A DNA stretch of 64,000 nt from Fibrobacteria bacterium. GTDB taxonomy: Bacteria; Fibrobacterota; Fibrobacteria; UBA11236; JADFYW01. Numbering within the stretch: the first letter of the stretch is position 1; the number at the start of each line of letters is the position of its first letter. The stretch is from NCBI GenBank assembly GCA_050294405.1, contig JBNKOC010000012.1, forward strand, positions 96,001 through 160,000, read 5' to 3'. This document shows positions 8,005-19,009 of the stretch, piece after piece. The translations under genes were made by a program, and so were the position numbers. Below the pieces are notes generated by a model. That model was given only the letters and a program-made list of their open reading frames with translations, was not told where the DNA came from and did no database searches.

Positions 8005-10523
8005 GCTTTAACCTCTTCTAATTCATTAACGATCCATTGGTTAGGGCGCTTTTGTCCCCGTTCATAAATCCATTGTATGTTATCGTCACCTTCATTACTA
8101 TTAATAAAATGCCGGAATTTTTTACGCTTTTCAGGGTTTTCAACAGTGGATTTCCATTCGCACTGGTAAGTGTCAATTAGATGCAGCATATCTTTTTCTA
8201 AAGTATCGGCGATTCCGAGCTTGTCTTCTATAATAACCTCTTTTAAATAGTCTAATCCACCTTGGAGTTTATTAAACCAGGTTGCGGTGCGCGTCAATTT
8301 GTCTGCCGTTTTGATATAATACATAATAAATCGATCTAAATAACGCACCACAGTTTCTTCTGGAATATCAGTTGCAAGTAAAACTCCATGTTGAGGTTTG
8401 GCTCCGCCATTTCCACATACATATAAATTCCACCCCTTGTCAGTGGCCACAACTCCAAAGTCCTTTGATTGAGCTTCTGCACATTCCCTTACGCATCCAG
8501 AACAGGCACTTTTTAGCTTATGCGGGGCTCTAATTCCTTTATAACGGTTTTCAAGGCGGATAGCAAATCCTGTGGAGTCTTGAACGCCGTAACGGCACCA
8601 AGTTGAACCGACACAGCTTTTAACGGTGCGCAAGGCTTTTCCATAAGCGTGACCACTTTCAAGCCCAACAGCTATCAATTCCTCCCATATTTTGGGAAGT
8701 TCATGTAATTGAGCTCCGAAAAGATCTATTCTTTGGCCACCAGTGATTTTACAATACAAGTTGTATTTTTTTGCAACACTGCCAATGGTAATGAGCTGCT
8801 CTGGAAGAATTTCTCCTCCGGGAACACGAGGAACCACTGAATAAGTCCCTCCCTTTTGTATGTTGGCTAAAAATCTATCATTGGTGTCTTGCAATGTGTC
8901 TTGTTCCAAAATCATTTCGTTCCACACGCTGGCGAATATAGAAGCAATGGCAGGTTTACATACCTCACAGCCCTCTCCACGTCCGTGTTTTAAAAGAAGT
9001 TCTGAAAAACTTTTAATTTCCCCGATTTTAATCAAGTCGAATAGTTCTTGTCTGGAGTAAGGGAAATGCTCGCAAATGGAGTGTGAAACTGCTTTGCCCT
9101 CAGATTCTAGGACGGCATTTAAAATGTCCTGAACCATTGGTAGACAGCCTCCACAGCCAGTTCCAGCATTTGTACAGTTTTTGAGGGCGCCAATTTCAGT
9201 AACGCCGTCTCGAACAGCATTTACGATATCCCCTTTAGATATGTTGTTACAAGAGCAAATTTGCGCTGAGTCAGGCAAAAAGGCTATTGACATGGGGTTT
9301 TCACCTTCTCCGCCTCTTTTGCCAAGTAATAGCTCTTCTGGATCTTTAGGAACTGCTGTTTTGTTTTTCATAACTTGTAGCAGTTGATTGTATAGGGAAG
9401 CATCCCCTACTAACATACCTCCCAGTAAATAGTCTCCATATTTTGATAGGGTAAGTCTTTGGTATACTCCTTTGGGATCGTTTTGATATACCATTGTTTT
9501 GGAATCAGGAGTTTCTCCGAAAGCATCTCCAAAGTTTGCTACATCAACTCCCATTAGCTTTAGCTTTGTGGGAGTGTCGGCACCCTTAAACTCTTTCCTG
9601 TCGCCTAGAAGATTACTTGCTAAAACGTCAGCCATTTCATAGCCAGGAGCTACTAAACCATAAATTAAACCGTTATGCAGTGCCACCTCTCCGATAGCAT
9701 AAATGTCGGGGTCGGAAGTCTGCAATTTGTTGTTAATTATGACCCCTCCTCTTGGATGCACATCAAGACCGCAATCTTTGGCGAGTTCGTCTCTGGGGCG
9801 AATCCCAGCGGAAACTATGATCATATCCACATCTAGCTCTTCGCCATTTTTAAACAACATTTTTTGTACTTTGCCGTTTCCTTGAATTTCTTGGGTTTGA
9901 GTATCTGTATGAACTTTAACTCCTAAGGATTCGATACTATTTTTGAGTAACCTACCTCCCATATCATCAATTTGGCGGGGCATAAGTCTTGGCGCAAATT
10001 CAATTACATGAGTTTTGAGCCCAAGATCTAAGGCTGCTTTGGCTGCTTCTAAGCCTAAAAGCCCACCTCCAATAACCGCTGCCTTCTTACTGCTTTTTGA
10101 GTATTCAATTATCTGTTCCAAGTCTTCAATAGTTCGGTATACAAAGACGCCTTTTTTGTCTACACCTGGGATGGGTGGAACAAAGGCAGATGACCCTGTT
10201 GCAAGAACAATTGCATGATAAGGAATTGAAACCCCTTTTTCGCTTAATACTAATTTTTTCTCTCTATCTATTTTGGCGGCTTTGTCTCCTACATGCAGTT
10301 CAATCTTGTTTTTTTTGTACCAATCTAAACTTCCTAACATAAGAGGTTCGGCAGAACGTTCTTCAAAAAATTTTGTCAATTGAACCCGGTCATAAGCTGG
10401 CCTAGGTTCTTCGCAAAAAGTAATGAGGTTATACTTAATATGATAGGCCTTCTCCACCAGCTTTTCGCAAAGTTTGTGGCCAACCATTCCATTTCCAATA
10501 ACAATTAAATTTTTCATTTCCAT
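8001..10523 (-). CDS. nirB: Nitrite reductase (NADH) large subunit
   Basis: IGNGMVG, GGGLLGLEAA, ICSCN, GTGCGGC, GCEVCKP, KSCVGSTWCRYG, SGCVRECAE. Confidence 0.96.
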   Translation of the reverse strand: MEMKNLIVIGNGMVGHKLCEKLVEKAYHIKYNLITFCEEPRPAYDRVQLTKFFEERSAEPLMLGSLDWYKKNKIELHVGDKAAKIDREKKLVLSEKGVSIPYHAIVLATGSSAFVPPIPGVDKKGVFVYRTIEDLEQIIEYSKSSKKAAVIGGGLLGLEAAKAALDLGLKTHVIEFAPRLMPRQIDDMGGRLLKNSIESLGVKVHTDTQTQEIQGNGKVQKMLFKNGEELDVDMIIVSAGIRPRDELAKDCGLDVHPRGGVIINNKLQTSDPDIYAIGEVALHNGLIYGLVAPGYEMADVLASNLLGDRKEFKGADTPTKLKLMGVDVANFGDAFGETPDSKTMVYQNDPKGVYQRLTLSKYGDYLLGGMLVGDASLYNQLLQVMKNKTAVPKDPEELLLGKRGGEGENPMSIAFLPDSAQICSCNNISKGDIVNAVRDGVTEIGALKNCTNAGTGCGGCLPMVQDILNAVLESEGKAVSHSICEHFPYSRQELFDLIKIGEIKSFSELLLKHGRGEGCEVCKPAIASIFASVWNEMILEQDTLQDTNDRFLANIQKGGTYSVVPRVPGGEILPEQLITIGSVAKKYNLYCKITGGQRIDLFGAQLHELPKIWEELIAVGLESGHAYGKALRTVKSCVGSTWCRYGVQDSTGFAIRLENRYKGIRAPHKLKSACSGCVRECAEAQSKDFGVVATDKGWNLYVCGNGGAKPQHGVLLATDIPEETVVRYLDRFIMYYIKTADKLTRTATWFNKLQGGLDYLKEVIIEDKLGIADTLEKDMLHLIDTYQCEWKSTVENPEKRKKFRHFINSNEGDDNIQWIYERGQKRPNQWIVNELEEVKA

Positions 10524-10563
10524 AACTTACTAATCGGTTTTGTGAGATAACTAATAACGTGAA

Positions 10564-10580
10564 AGCAAAACCTATACCAT
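10564..10580 (-). promoter_or_regulatory. sigma54 promoter of nirBD
   Basis: Minus strand TGGTATAGGTTTTGCT = GG-N10-GC, about 40 nt upstream of ATG 10523. Confidence 0.78.
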
Positions 10581-10634
10581 CTCCAAACCTTGTTTTTTGT
10601 TAAAAAATAAGGAAAATGGAGCGTTGCTGGAATA

Positions 10635-10669
10635 AATTGTCATACAATTTTCTGACAATACTTGACATT
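10635..10669. promoter_or_regulatory. Putative UAS of nirBD (AATTGTCA/TGACAAT array)
   Basis: AATTGTCATACAATTTTCTGACAATACTTGACATT shares the TGTCA/TGACA half-sites of the 5.5 and 5.85 kb sites. Confidence 0.6.
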
Positions 10670-10743
10670 GTATATTAACCCCTAAATATATGAGTTTCAC
10701 AGAGTCTCTTTTTTGGTACAAGTGTTGCTCTTTCATAATAAAT

Positions 10744-12471
10744 ATGATAGCCATCCAAGAACGCAATAATCACAAGCTAGAAATAGTTTTGGGTCAATCC
10801 AGTTTGACTGGTCTTAGGGAGCGTAATGAAGATTTTTATGCATGTATTAAGCCGCAAAAGGTATCGACTTTAAATTACAAGGGTATTGCAGCAGTAATTG
10901 CGGATGGTGTTGGAGATACGGGTTATGGACAAGAGGCTAGCCGTTATGCGGTGAGCACTTTTTTCTCAGAATATTTCAGTACTCCCGATTCTTGGAGCAT
11001 AGAGCGATCCGGGGAAGAGGTGATAAAATCCATTAACAGTTGGTTGTACTCCCAGTCAGAACGCAACATTGGGGATAGTGGCCTTATGACGGCTTTCTCT
11101 GCAGCTATTTTATGTGGAAGCACTCTGCATATTTTCCATGTGGGAGACACAAGAATTTATTTAAAAGCAAAAAATAAATTAAAAAGGCTCACCAAGGATC
11201 ATAGGGCTCATCACGGCCAAAATCAAATAATTCGGGCATTGGGGTTAGATAGTAATGTTTACATCGATTATACACAGGAGATATTGGAACCAGATTCTTC
11301 TGTTATTATGATGACGGATGGCGTGCATAATTATTTATCTGATGATAAAATCACAGGTTTTTTAAATAAGTTTGCAGCTCCTCAAGTGGCTTCAGAAGCA
11401 TTAACAATGGCATCTCTTCGTGAGGGAAGTACTGATAACATAAGCTGTCAAATAATTAACATAAAACACCTTCCTCCGTCGACAAAAAATGAAATTTATC
11501 AACGTTCCCGTGACTTGAAATTCCCCCCTCCCTTGAAAGTGGGTGCTTTTGTGGATTCTTATGAAATTCAGGAAGAACTAGGTTATGGAGCTATGGGGAT
11601 AGTGTATTCCGCTTACGATTCTAAGAATGATAAAGTGGTGGCTTTAAAGTGTCCCCGACAAGAATTTGAACAGGATATTATTTTCAGGGAAAGGCTCCTA
11701 AGGGAGGAATGGATTGGCCAGCGAGTTCACAATCCAAATTTGATGAAAGTGCTGAATCCGAGTCATGTGCGCATGGAATACCATTATTTGGTAATGGAGT
11801 ATTGTAAGGGATTTTCTCTTCGGGAACAATTGGATAGTGGTAAGCATTTTAGTCATAATGATGTTGTTGAAATTGCTAAACAAATATGCAGAGGGTTGAC
11901 AGAACTTCATCACATGGAAATTGTCCATAGGGATATTAAACCTGATAGTATTATTTGGAGTCAAGACGGTATGGTTAAGATAATCGACTATGGCATAGCC
12001 AAAGTTGGTAGTTTAAAATCTTTAACTTCAAATGCCAACGCTCCATGGATGGGAAGTCCCAATTACATGGCTCCTGAGATGTTCAAAAACAGTAGGGGGA
12101 ATTCTGTCACGGATATATTCAGCCTTGGTGTCACCATGTATGAACTGTTAACAAGCTCCATGCCATATGGGGAGATAGACGCTGGAAAAGGTTATAAGAA
12201 TACTGAGTTTGTTTCTTTACAAGAACTAAACCCGGAAGTACCTAGCTGGCTTTCTACGGTGGTAGTTAAATGTTTGCACTTAGATCCTGACTCACGGTAT
12301 CAAGCTGCTTCAGAAGTTCTATATGATTTGGAACATCCAGAAAAGGTTTTGCCTGATATGCGTTTTATTCCTTTATTGGAACGAAACCCTGTACTTGTTT
12401 GGAAAGTGATTTCGGCGACATTGCTTGGGATTGTAGTTGTTTTGTCAGTGCTTTTGATTCGAGGGCGTTAA
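10744..12471 (+). CDS. Bifunctional PP2C phosphatase / Ser-Thr kinase with C-terminal membrane anchor
   Basis: RERNED, IADGVG, HVGDTRIY, MTDGVH, STDNIS; LGYGAMGIVY, VALK, HRDIKPD, DYG, GSPNYMAPE; PLLERNP plus TM. Frame opens at 10690. Confidence 0.9.
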   Translation: MIAIQERNNHKLEIVLGQSSLTGLRERNEDFYACIKPQKVSTLNYKGIAAVIADGVGDTGYGQEASRYAVSTFFSEYFSTPDSWSIERSGEEVIKSINSWLYSQSERNIGDSGLMTAFSAAILCGSTLHIFHVGDTRIYLKAKNKLKRLTKDHRAHHGQNQIIRALGLDSNVYIDYTQEILEPDSSVIMMTDGVHNYLSDDKITGFLNKFAAPQVASEALTMASLREGSTDNISCQIINIKHLPPSTKNEIYQRSRDLKFPPPLKVGAFVDSYEIQEELGYGAMGIVYSAYDSKNDKVVALKCPRQEFEQDIIFRERLLREEWIGQRVHNPNLMKVLNPSHVRMEYHYLVMEYCKGFSLREQLDSGKHFSHNDVVEIAKQICRGLTELHHMEIVHRDIKPDSIIWSQDGMVKIIDYGIAKVGSLKSLTSNANAPWMGSPNYMAPEMFKNSRGNSVTDIFSLGVTMYELLTSSMPYGEIDAGKGYKNTEFVSLQELNPEVPSWLSTVVVKCLHLDPDSRYQAASEVLYDLEHPEKVLPDMRFIPLLERNPVLVWKVISATLLGIVVVLSVLLIRGR

Positions 12472-12493
12472 CAGGTTAACATAAGCCCAAAAA

Positions 12494-12901
12494 TTATTCA
12501 GCGGGGAATAAATCGTAAATAAAAACCGGAGGTTTTATGGGATGCCCTTTTGGATGTATAAAGGCATGCAGCGTTTGCCCTGTGGCAATCGTATTGCCAT
12601 TTTTTTGAACCTCATAACAAAATTTAATTTTTGCTTTACCAACAAGATATCGGGTAGATTTTATTGTGATGGTATCGCCAAAAAAAGCAGGTTTTTTGTA
12701 GGTAGCTTGGGAAGCTATCACAGGAATGAGAATGTTATTTTTTTCCATCTCCTGATAGGGGTACCCTAAATCTTCAAAAATTTCGATTCGAGCCGCTTCA
12801 AAATAGGTATAGTAATTTCCATGGTGGACAAAGCCCATGGCATCCGTTTCTGCATATCTGATTTTTATATTAAAGAAATGTGGGTTATGGGGGTGTTCCA
12901 T
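12494..12901 (-). CDS. YbgC/FadM-family acyl-CoA thioesterase
   Basis: RYAETDAMGFVHHGNYYTYFEAAR. Confidence 0.9.
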   Translation of the reverse strand: MEHPHNPHFFNIKIRYAETDAMGFVHHGNYYTYFEAARIEIFEDLGYPYQEMEKNNILIPVIASQATYKKPAFFGDTITIKSTRYLVGKAKIKFCYEVQKNGNTIATGQTLHAFIHPKGHPIKPPVFIYDLFPAE

Positions 12902-14280
12902 TATGCGGCATTTGGAACGCTTTTTTTAGAAGCGGTTAATATCCAGATAGTGGCTATACTACCCATTAACATGTTAGTTAGCATAGGGGCGTAGTGAAGG
13001 CCGTATTCGCCAAGCGTGGTATGCTTGGATAAAATATAACTCAGAGCAAAATTAACGACTGCAATCCTTAATATAGTTATATACATGCTGGGAGTTCCCC
13101 TTCCCAGGCCTTGAAAGGCGCCGCCGGCAACCATGGCCATTCCTATAAAGCCGTAGCTTAAGCTAACGCAGGATAAATAATGGATAGCAGAAACAAGGGT
13201 CTGTTTTTCCGGGTTAAATAACCCCAGTAAAGGACCTTTTAACAAAAATAAGATGACTCCAACCAATGAAGCGCAGATAAAAACGGATAATAGGCCTTTT
13301 ACAATGGATTCCCGAACTCTCTCAATATTTTGCGCACCATAGTTTTGGCCCACCAAAGAAACAATGGCCGACATGATGGATAAGGAGGTAAAAACTCCAA
13401 TGGTGTCTATTCTCATTCCAATTCCCAATGCGGCAATTGCAGAAGAGCCAAATGGAGTAGCCAGGGCGGTTAACAGTGTTACCCCTACACCGAACATGGA
13501 TTGGCTAACGGATGCTGGCAGGGAAACTCTGATAATGCTTTTTAAATGTTGGGTGTCCGACCAGCTTGGGAGGATGGGCCATTTTAAAGCGCTTTTTCCT
13601 TTAAGGAAATACATTACGATAACTAAAGACATGGTGAAGTTTGCCACTACTGTTGCAATAGCTGCTCCAGGTACTCCCCAACCAAGGCCCTGTATATTCA
13701 TTCCCAAAAATTTAAAACTGTCAAAAATAAAAAGTGGGTCCAGAATCAAATTTAAAATGGTTCCATAGAACATAGCCATGGATAGGGTTCGCATGTTTCC
13801 TTCGGCCCTCAATGCGCCTCCCAAAACAAGAGCTGAGGAGGTAAACATAAACCCAATCATTACAATTAGCACATAGGATTGGGTCAGGCCGGAAGTTATG
13901 GGGTCTACTTTTAATCCGGCCAAATAAAATTTTAAAATAAATGGAATGAGTATAATTAAAACTACAAATACTCCCAAAGCAGTGAGAACGGTTTGCGCTA
14001 ATGTTTGTTCCGCCTCTTTAACTTTTTTTGCCCCTAAAAGTTGGGCGAGTATGGCAGAACTTCCAGAGTTAAGTCCGTTAAAAAGGGCGAAAGGCACATA
14101 GAACATGGGAAAGCCGTAATTGAGAACGGCCATAGATGCCTGTGTACCCAATCTGGAAACGTACATGGCGTCGGCGATATTGAGCACCATATGAGCTACT
14201 AGCCCCAGAAACATGGGCAGTGCCATGCGGACTATATGGGGGATTATATTGCCCTGGGTTAAATCTTTTTTGCTTTGCAT
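12901..14280 (-). CDS. MATE-family efflux transporter
   Basis: DLTQGNI, ALPM, LRAEGN, NLILDPLFI, GAAIAT, GQNYGA. Confidence 0.92.
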   Translation of the reverse strand: MQSKKDLTQGNIIPHIVRMALPMFLGLVAHMVLNIADAMYVSRLGTQASMAVLNYGFPMFYVPFALFNGLNSGSSAILAQLLGAKKVKEAEQTLAQTVLTALGVFVVLIILIPFILKFYLAGLKVDPITSGLTQSYVLIVMIGFMFTSSALVLGGALRAEGNMRTLSMAMFYGTILNLILDPLFIFDSFKFLGMNIQGLGWGVPGAAIATVVANFTMSLVIVMYFLKGKSALKWPILPSWSDTQHLKSIIRVSLPASVSQSMFGVGVTLLTALATPFGSSAIAALGIGMRIDTIGVFTSLSIMSAIVSLVGQNYGAQNIERVRESIVKGLLSVFICASLVGVILFLLKGPLLGLFNPEKQTLVSAIHYLSCVSLSYGFIGMAMVAGGAFQGLGRGTPSMYITILRIAVVNFALSYILSKHTTLGEYGLHYAPMLTNMLMGSIATIWILTASKKSVPNAA

Positions 14281-14299
14281 TTGTCCGGCATTTTTTGGC

Positions 14300-14803
14300 C
14301 TAGGTGGGCCTTGACCCCCTGGTCATTATGATTTTACCGGATCGAACATACTCAATAATGCCAAACTTGTCTAGCATAAGGTGAAGGGCGTCTAGCTTGT
14401 CAGAATTGCCGGTAGCTTGCAAAATCAGATTTTCTTCTGTTAAATCCACAGTTTGACATTTAAAATGTTTTGAAATTTGCAGAATTTCCGATCTTTGATC
14501 CGCATTGCAATTGACTTTGATAAGCAACAGCTCCTTTTCAATATTTCCTTCGGAAGAATGGTGTTGGGCGTGAATAACGTCCACCAATTTGTTGAGTTGT
14601 TTGATGATTTGATCGAATGTTAAGGGATCGCCACTGGCAACCAGACTCATTCTGGAAAAATTAGGATCGTGAGCCGGAGAAACTACAGCGCTTTCAATAT
14701 TAAAACCCCTGCGGGCAAAAACCAGGGCGATGCGAATAAGAACACCTGGTCGGTTATTTACCAAAAGACTAATTGGATATTGTTCCATTTTTTGACTGTT
14801 CAT
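14300..14803 (-). CDS. ilvN: Acetolactate synthase small subunit
   Basis: LVNNRPGVLIRI..VFARRGFNIES, QIIKQLNKLVDV, ELLLIKV. Confidence 0.95.
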   Translation of the reverse strand: MNSQKMEQYPISLLVNNRPGVLIRIALVFARRGFNIESAVVSPAHDPNFSRMSLVASGDPLTFDQIIKQLNKLVDVIHAQHHSSEGNIEKELLLIKVNCNADQRSEILQISKHFKCQTVDLTEENLILQATGNSDKLDALHLMLDKFGIIEYVRSGKIIMTRGSRPT

Positions 14804-14804
14804 A

Positions 14805-16520
14805 TTAAGTACTCCCTTTTGGTTTTTCCACAGCTTCTTTGGGACGTTCCAGCATCATTTTTGAATAGGGAGCTCCCGCGGGAACCATTGGGAAAACATT
14901 ATCTTCCTTCTCTACTTCTGCGTGAATCACACAAGGACCTTCGTTATACTCCATAGCCGCTTGCAGCACTTTTCTTACTTCAGCATTTCTTTTAATGCGA
15001 AAGCCTTTGCAGCCATAGGCTTCAGCCAGTTTTACAAAGTTGGGGTTTCCAACCATATCTACACCGGAATATCTGTTATCAAAAAAGATATCTTGCCATT
15101 GGCGAACCATGCCTAAATACCGATTGTCTATTACCAGTATTTTAATGGGAAGTTTATGAATAACAGCCGTAGAAATTTCGCACAAAGTCATTTGAAAACC
15201 GCCGTCACCAACAATAGCTACTACCTGTTCTTCTGGCATAGCCAATTGAGCGCCGATTGCGGCAGGGAATCCAAATCCCATCGTGCCGGCACCACCGGAA
15301 GATATCCAGAAGTTTCTTTTATTTACTTTGTAAAATTGGGCCGCCCACATTTGATGCTGCCCTACATCGGTAGTCACTATGGCTCCGCCCTGGGTTACAT
15401 GGTAGAGTTCATCAATTACATATTCGGATTTTAAGCCCCCCTGTTTTTTGTACTTGAGAGGGTATTGCTTTTTCCATTTTTGAACTTGCTTAACCCAGTT
15501 TTCTGTATCTCCAGGTCTTACCATGGTGTTGAGTTCTTCAACCACCAATCTGGCGTCTCCTAAAACAAAGATATCGGGTTGAATCATCTTTCCATTTTCG
15601 GATAGGTCTATGTCAACATGTATCTTTACAGCGTCTTTACAAAATTCATCCAGTTTGCCAACAATACGGTCATCCCATCTGGAACCAATGGACATTATTA
15701 AATCGCAATCCATTACAGCGTAATTGGCGTATGCCGTTCCGTGCATACCTAACATCCCTAAGTTTAAAGGATGGGTTTCCGGAAAAGCCCCTTTTCCCAA
15801 AAGAGTATTTACCACGGGAATCTTCATTTTTTCCACTAAATTGGAAATAGCCTTGGAAGCGTTGCTGATAACAGCGCCATGCCCTAATAGCAAAATCGGT
15901 TTTTTGGCGTTGTTCAATGCTGTGGCCACAGCCTGGATGTCCTCAAACTCTCCTCTGCCAGGAATAGTGTAACCAGGAAGATTTTTTTCCACGGAAAAAT
16001 CGGGTTCGAATGGAGTAGAGGAAACATCCTTGGGCAAGTCTATGAGAACGGGTCCTGGACGTCCTGTTTCGGCAAGGTAAAAAGATTCTTTAACTATTTT
16101 TGGGATTTCCGTAACATCTTTAACCAGGTAGCTGTGTTTTACAACCGGGTAAGAGATTCCGGATACATCGGCTTCCTGGAAGGCGTCCAAACCTAAATTA
16201 GCTGTTATTGTTTGCCCGCAAATGATAATCATAGGAATTGAATCCATGTGAGCTGTCATAATTCCTGTTATGGTATTAGTGGCCCCGGGACCGGAAGTGA
16301 CCAGAACAACACCTGCCTTGCCTGTGGCTCTGGCATATCCATCTGCCATATGAGTGGCTCCCTGCTCGTGGCGGGAAAGAATTAATTTGATTGGAGAATC
16401 AATTATGGCGTCAAAAATAGGAATGCTTGCGCCACCCGGGTAGCCGAAAATATATTCAACCCCATGCTGTTCTAGCCCATCTATTAGTGCTTGAGCTCCA
16501 GTTCTTGTAAGTTTACTCAT
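14805..16520 (-). CDS. ilvB: Acetolactate synthase large subunit
   Basis: [51 protein letters not shown]. Confidence 0.97.
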   Translation of the reverse strand: MSKLTRTGAQALIDGLEQHGVEYIFGYPGGASIPIFDAIIDSPIKLILSRHEQGATHMADGYARATGKAGVVLVTSGPGATNTITGIMTAHMDSIPMIIICGQTITANLGLDAFQEADVSGISYPVVKHSYLVKDVTEIPKIVKESFYLAETGRPGPVLIDLPKDVSSTPFEPDFSVEKNLPGYTIPGRGEFEDIQAVATALNNAKKPILLLGHGAVISNASKAISNLVEKMKIPVVNTLLGKGAFPETHPLNLGMLGMHGTAYANYAVMDCDLIMSIGSRWDDRIVGKLDEFCKDAVKIHVDIDLSENGKMIQPDIFVLGDARLVVEELNTMVRPGDTENWVKQVQKWKKQYPLKYKKQGGLKSEYVIDELYHVTQGGAIVTTDVGQHQMWAAQFYKVNKRNFWISSGGAGTMGFGFPAAIGAQLAMPEEQVVAIVGDGGFQMTLCEISTAVIHKLPIKILVIDNRYLGMVRQWQDIFFDNRYSGVDMVGNPNFVKLAEAYGCKGFRIKRNAEVRKVLQAAMEYNEGPCVIHAEVEKEDNVFPMVPAGAPYSKMMLERPKEAVEKPKGST

Positions 16521-16742
16521 AATTATACCATTTATTTGGTTGGGTGTTGGTTTACTGTGGTAATTCTACTAATTTTTACCAGTTTTTCCAGTACATTTTT
16601 GAAAATAATATTAACTTTTAAAAATATTCGCTAATTTTAGAGATAGTCAATATAGTTATGAGTGAAGTATATCTATAAAACTAGATTTTTTTGCCAAATA
16701 GTCGGCGAATACTGTTTGATACTGTTAAAAAATAGGTGATAA

Positions 16743-17414
16743 ATGGACAAAATAAGTTCTGGTATGCTGCCCAGAGAAAAAATAATGCGTTTTGGGGTGG
16801 AAAAGTTAGAGGTATGGGAGTTGTTTGCTGTAGTTTTAGGGGTTGGTTACCCAGGAAAAGGTATTCTGGAACTTTCCAAAGATATCATTGAGGGTATTTC
16901 TGCCAACTCTAGTTATCCTAATCTTGAAGAATTGGTTCAAATAAAGGGAATTGGTGAGGCTAAGGCTTGCAAAATATTAGCTGTTTTGGAGCTTTCCAAA
17001 AGGTTTATACCATTTGCAGAAAGAGCTAGTCTTAATTGCCCAGAGGATTTTATTCCGCTACTAGCACCCTTAAAATTTGCCAACCAGGAAGAGTTTTGGG
17101 TTTTTACGCTGGATTCAACAAATAAGCTTATACAATCCCATGCAGTTACAAAAGGTTTGGTGAACCAAAGCCCCATTCATCCCCGAGAGGTTTTTGCTCC
17201 TGCTATAGTAGATAGAGCTGTAAACCTAGTTTTATGCCATAACCATCCTTCTGGAAGCCTCAAACCCTCCAGGGCAGATTTGGATGTGACTCGGGAATTG
17301 GTGAGTTTGGGTTCTCAATTAAAAATACCCATCCTAGATCATATTATCGTATCCAGCAAAGGTATATGTTCTTTATCCAGGGAAATGCCGGATTTATTTT
17401 TGTATGGCCCTTAG
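16743..17414 (+). CDS. radC: RadC-like JAB-domain protein
   Basis: PREK, IKGIGEAKA, HPREVF, HNHPSG..PS..D, LDHII. Confidence 0.93.
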   Translation: MDKISSGMLPREKIMRFGVEKLEVWELFAVVLGVGYPGKGILELSKDIIEGISANSSYPNLEELVQIKGIGEAKACKILAVLELSKRFIPFAERASLNCPEDFIPLLAPLKFANQEEFWVFTLDSTNKLIQSHAVTKGLVNQSPIHPREVFAPAIVDRAVNLVLCHNHPSGSLKPSRADLDVTRELVSLGSQLKIPILDHIIVSSKGICSLSREMPDLFLYGP

Positions 17415-17440
17415 GGGAAAAGAAGACCATAATTAGGTAC

Positions 17441-18949
17441 ATGCGGGTAATCCATAAATTTTGGAAAAGAATAGGGCTGCTTTTGTGCTCAGCCTATTTG
17501 GTTTCAAGTTGCGTAAAGATTGAAACAAAAGAAATAAAATACCCTGATGGAGCGATAAAAGAAAAATATAGCTATTACCTGGCTGAAGGCGGTTTGGAAA
17601 TCTGGGATGGAAAATACAGCCGTTGGTATCCATCGGGAAAACTCGCCGAAGAATCAAATTGGAATGAAGGTATTCTCCACGGGGTTCAAACTCAGTGGTA
17701 TGAAAATGGCAATAAAAAAATGGAAGGAAACTGGATTTTTGGAGAGGAAGAAGGTGTTTTTAAGAAATGGTATGTAAATGGTCAGTTGGCTGAAGAAATG
17801 GCTTTTGAAACCGGCCGCCCCAAAGGACAAAAAACAGTGTGGCATCCTAATGGAAAGAAAAAATCAGAATTGATGATTGTTAACGGATTAGAAGATGGGA
17901 TAGAAAATATATGGGATGATAATGGAGATGTTTATTCCCAAAGGTTTTGGATAAGTGGAAAGCTTGATAGCGTTAAAACATACATTCCCGAGTCAGAGTT
18001 GAAACAAATGTCAATCGAGTTTGAGCCTGGAAAAAAGGCGGAGGAATTTAGCTATTTTTTAGATCCTGATGGAAACCAAATTCGACATGGAGATTTAAAG
18101 CAATGGTATGACAACGGGCAGTTGGAACGAAATATTTCTTTTGATTTCGGAAAAAAAAATGGAATGGAAATTTGGTATTTCGAAAATGGTTTAAAAAAAT
18201 CAGAAATTCCCTGGAAGGTTGGGAAAAAAGATGGCGTGGAAAAACATTGGTATCCAAATGGTGAATTTCAAAAAAGTGAAGAAAACTATGATACAGGGAT
18301 ATTAAATGGAGTTGTAAAAAACTGGTACCCAAATGGTAAATTAAAAAGTGAATTTTATTACGTTGATGGCAAACTCAGCGATACAGCAATGCTGTGGTTT
18401 GAATCGGGTACATTAAAGTCCAAAGCAGTTTACAGTGAAGGTAAGCTCAATGGCCAGGTGATCAGTTGCTACCCTATAGGACAAAAGAAATCTGTAGCTA
18501 GTTTTCAGGAAGGTGTAAAACATGGGAAATACCAGGAGTTTTATACTCATGGTCAGATAAAGTTGGAAGTGGAATACAATCGGGGTATAAAAATTGCGGA
18601 AAGTGTTAAGAAGTGGACTAAAGGTGGAGATAGGGTGGATTTGAGCAAAATGTATACAGCTGTTGAAAAAGCCCAGTTGGAGCAAAAAATCAAACAATCC
18701 CATTCTAATTGTCAAAAAGAAATTGAGAACGTTGCTGAACTTAAGGCAAAGTTAAATAGCGGTAGCCTGTATAAAGAACTGCAAAAACTTGAAATCAGCT
18801 ACAACAGATCAGAACAAAAAAAAGAGGAAGAGTGCGAGTCCTACGGGGACAAAGTTGAAGAATACTTAAATTATTTTTCAAAAGAAGAATTGGATGAATT
18901 TTTACGTCTACAAAACTTAAGCCCTCTTAATAGCCCCGGTTTCAACTGA
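17441..18949 (+). CDS. MORN-variant (YwqK-like) repeat lipoprotein
   Basis: Lipobox-like LVSSC; many W[YH]xNG/xSG repeats at about 24-aa spacing; helical C-terminus. Confidence 0.8.
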   Translation: MRVIHKFWKRIGLLLCSAYLVSSCVKIETKEIKYPDGAIKEKYSYYLAEGGLEIWDGKYSRWYPSGKLAEESNWNEGILHGVQTQWYENGNKKMEGNWIFGEEEGVFKKWYVNGQLAEEMAFETGRPKGQKTVWHPNGKKKSELMIVNGLEDGIENIWDDNGDVYSQRFWISGKLDSVKTYIPESELKQMSIEFEPGKKAEEFSYFLDPDGNQIRHGDLKQWYDNGQLERNISFDFGKKNGMEIWYFENGLKKSEIPWKVGKKDGVEKHWYPNGEFQKSEENYDTGILNGVVKNWYPNGKLKSEFYYVDGKLSDTAMLWFESGTLKSKAVYSEGKLNGQVISCYPIGQKKSVASFQEGVKHGKYQEFYTHGQIKLEVEYNRGIKIAESVKKWTKGGDRVDLSKMYTAVEKAQLEQKIKQSHSNCQKEIENVAELKAKLNSGSLYKELQKLEISYNRSEQKKEEECESYGDKVEEYLNYFSKEELDEFLRLQNLSPLNSPGFN

Positions 18950-19009
18950 TATTCAGTGGAATTCTGATTAAATATCCTTAATAACCAGGAATTGGTTAAT
19001 TTTTTCAGC

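Noticed and set aside
16521..16742. ilv attenuator leader
   Set aside because: No Ile/Leu/Val-rich leader ORF or terminator hairpin seen
16743..18949. radC plus YwqK-like gene as a mobile element or toxin-antitoxin locus
   Set aside because: Full-length chromosomal-type radC; no integrase, att repeats or toxin gene; the repeat protein looks like a lipoprotein
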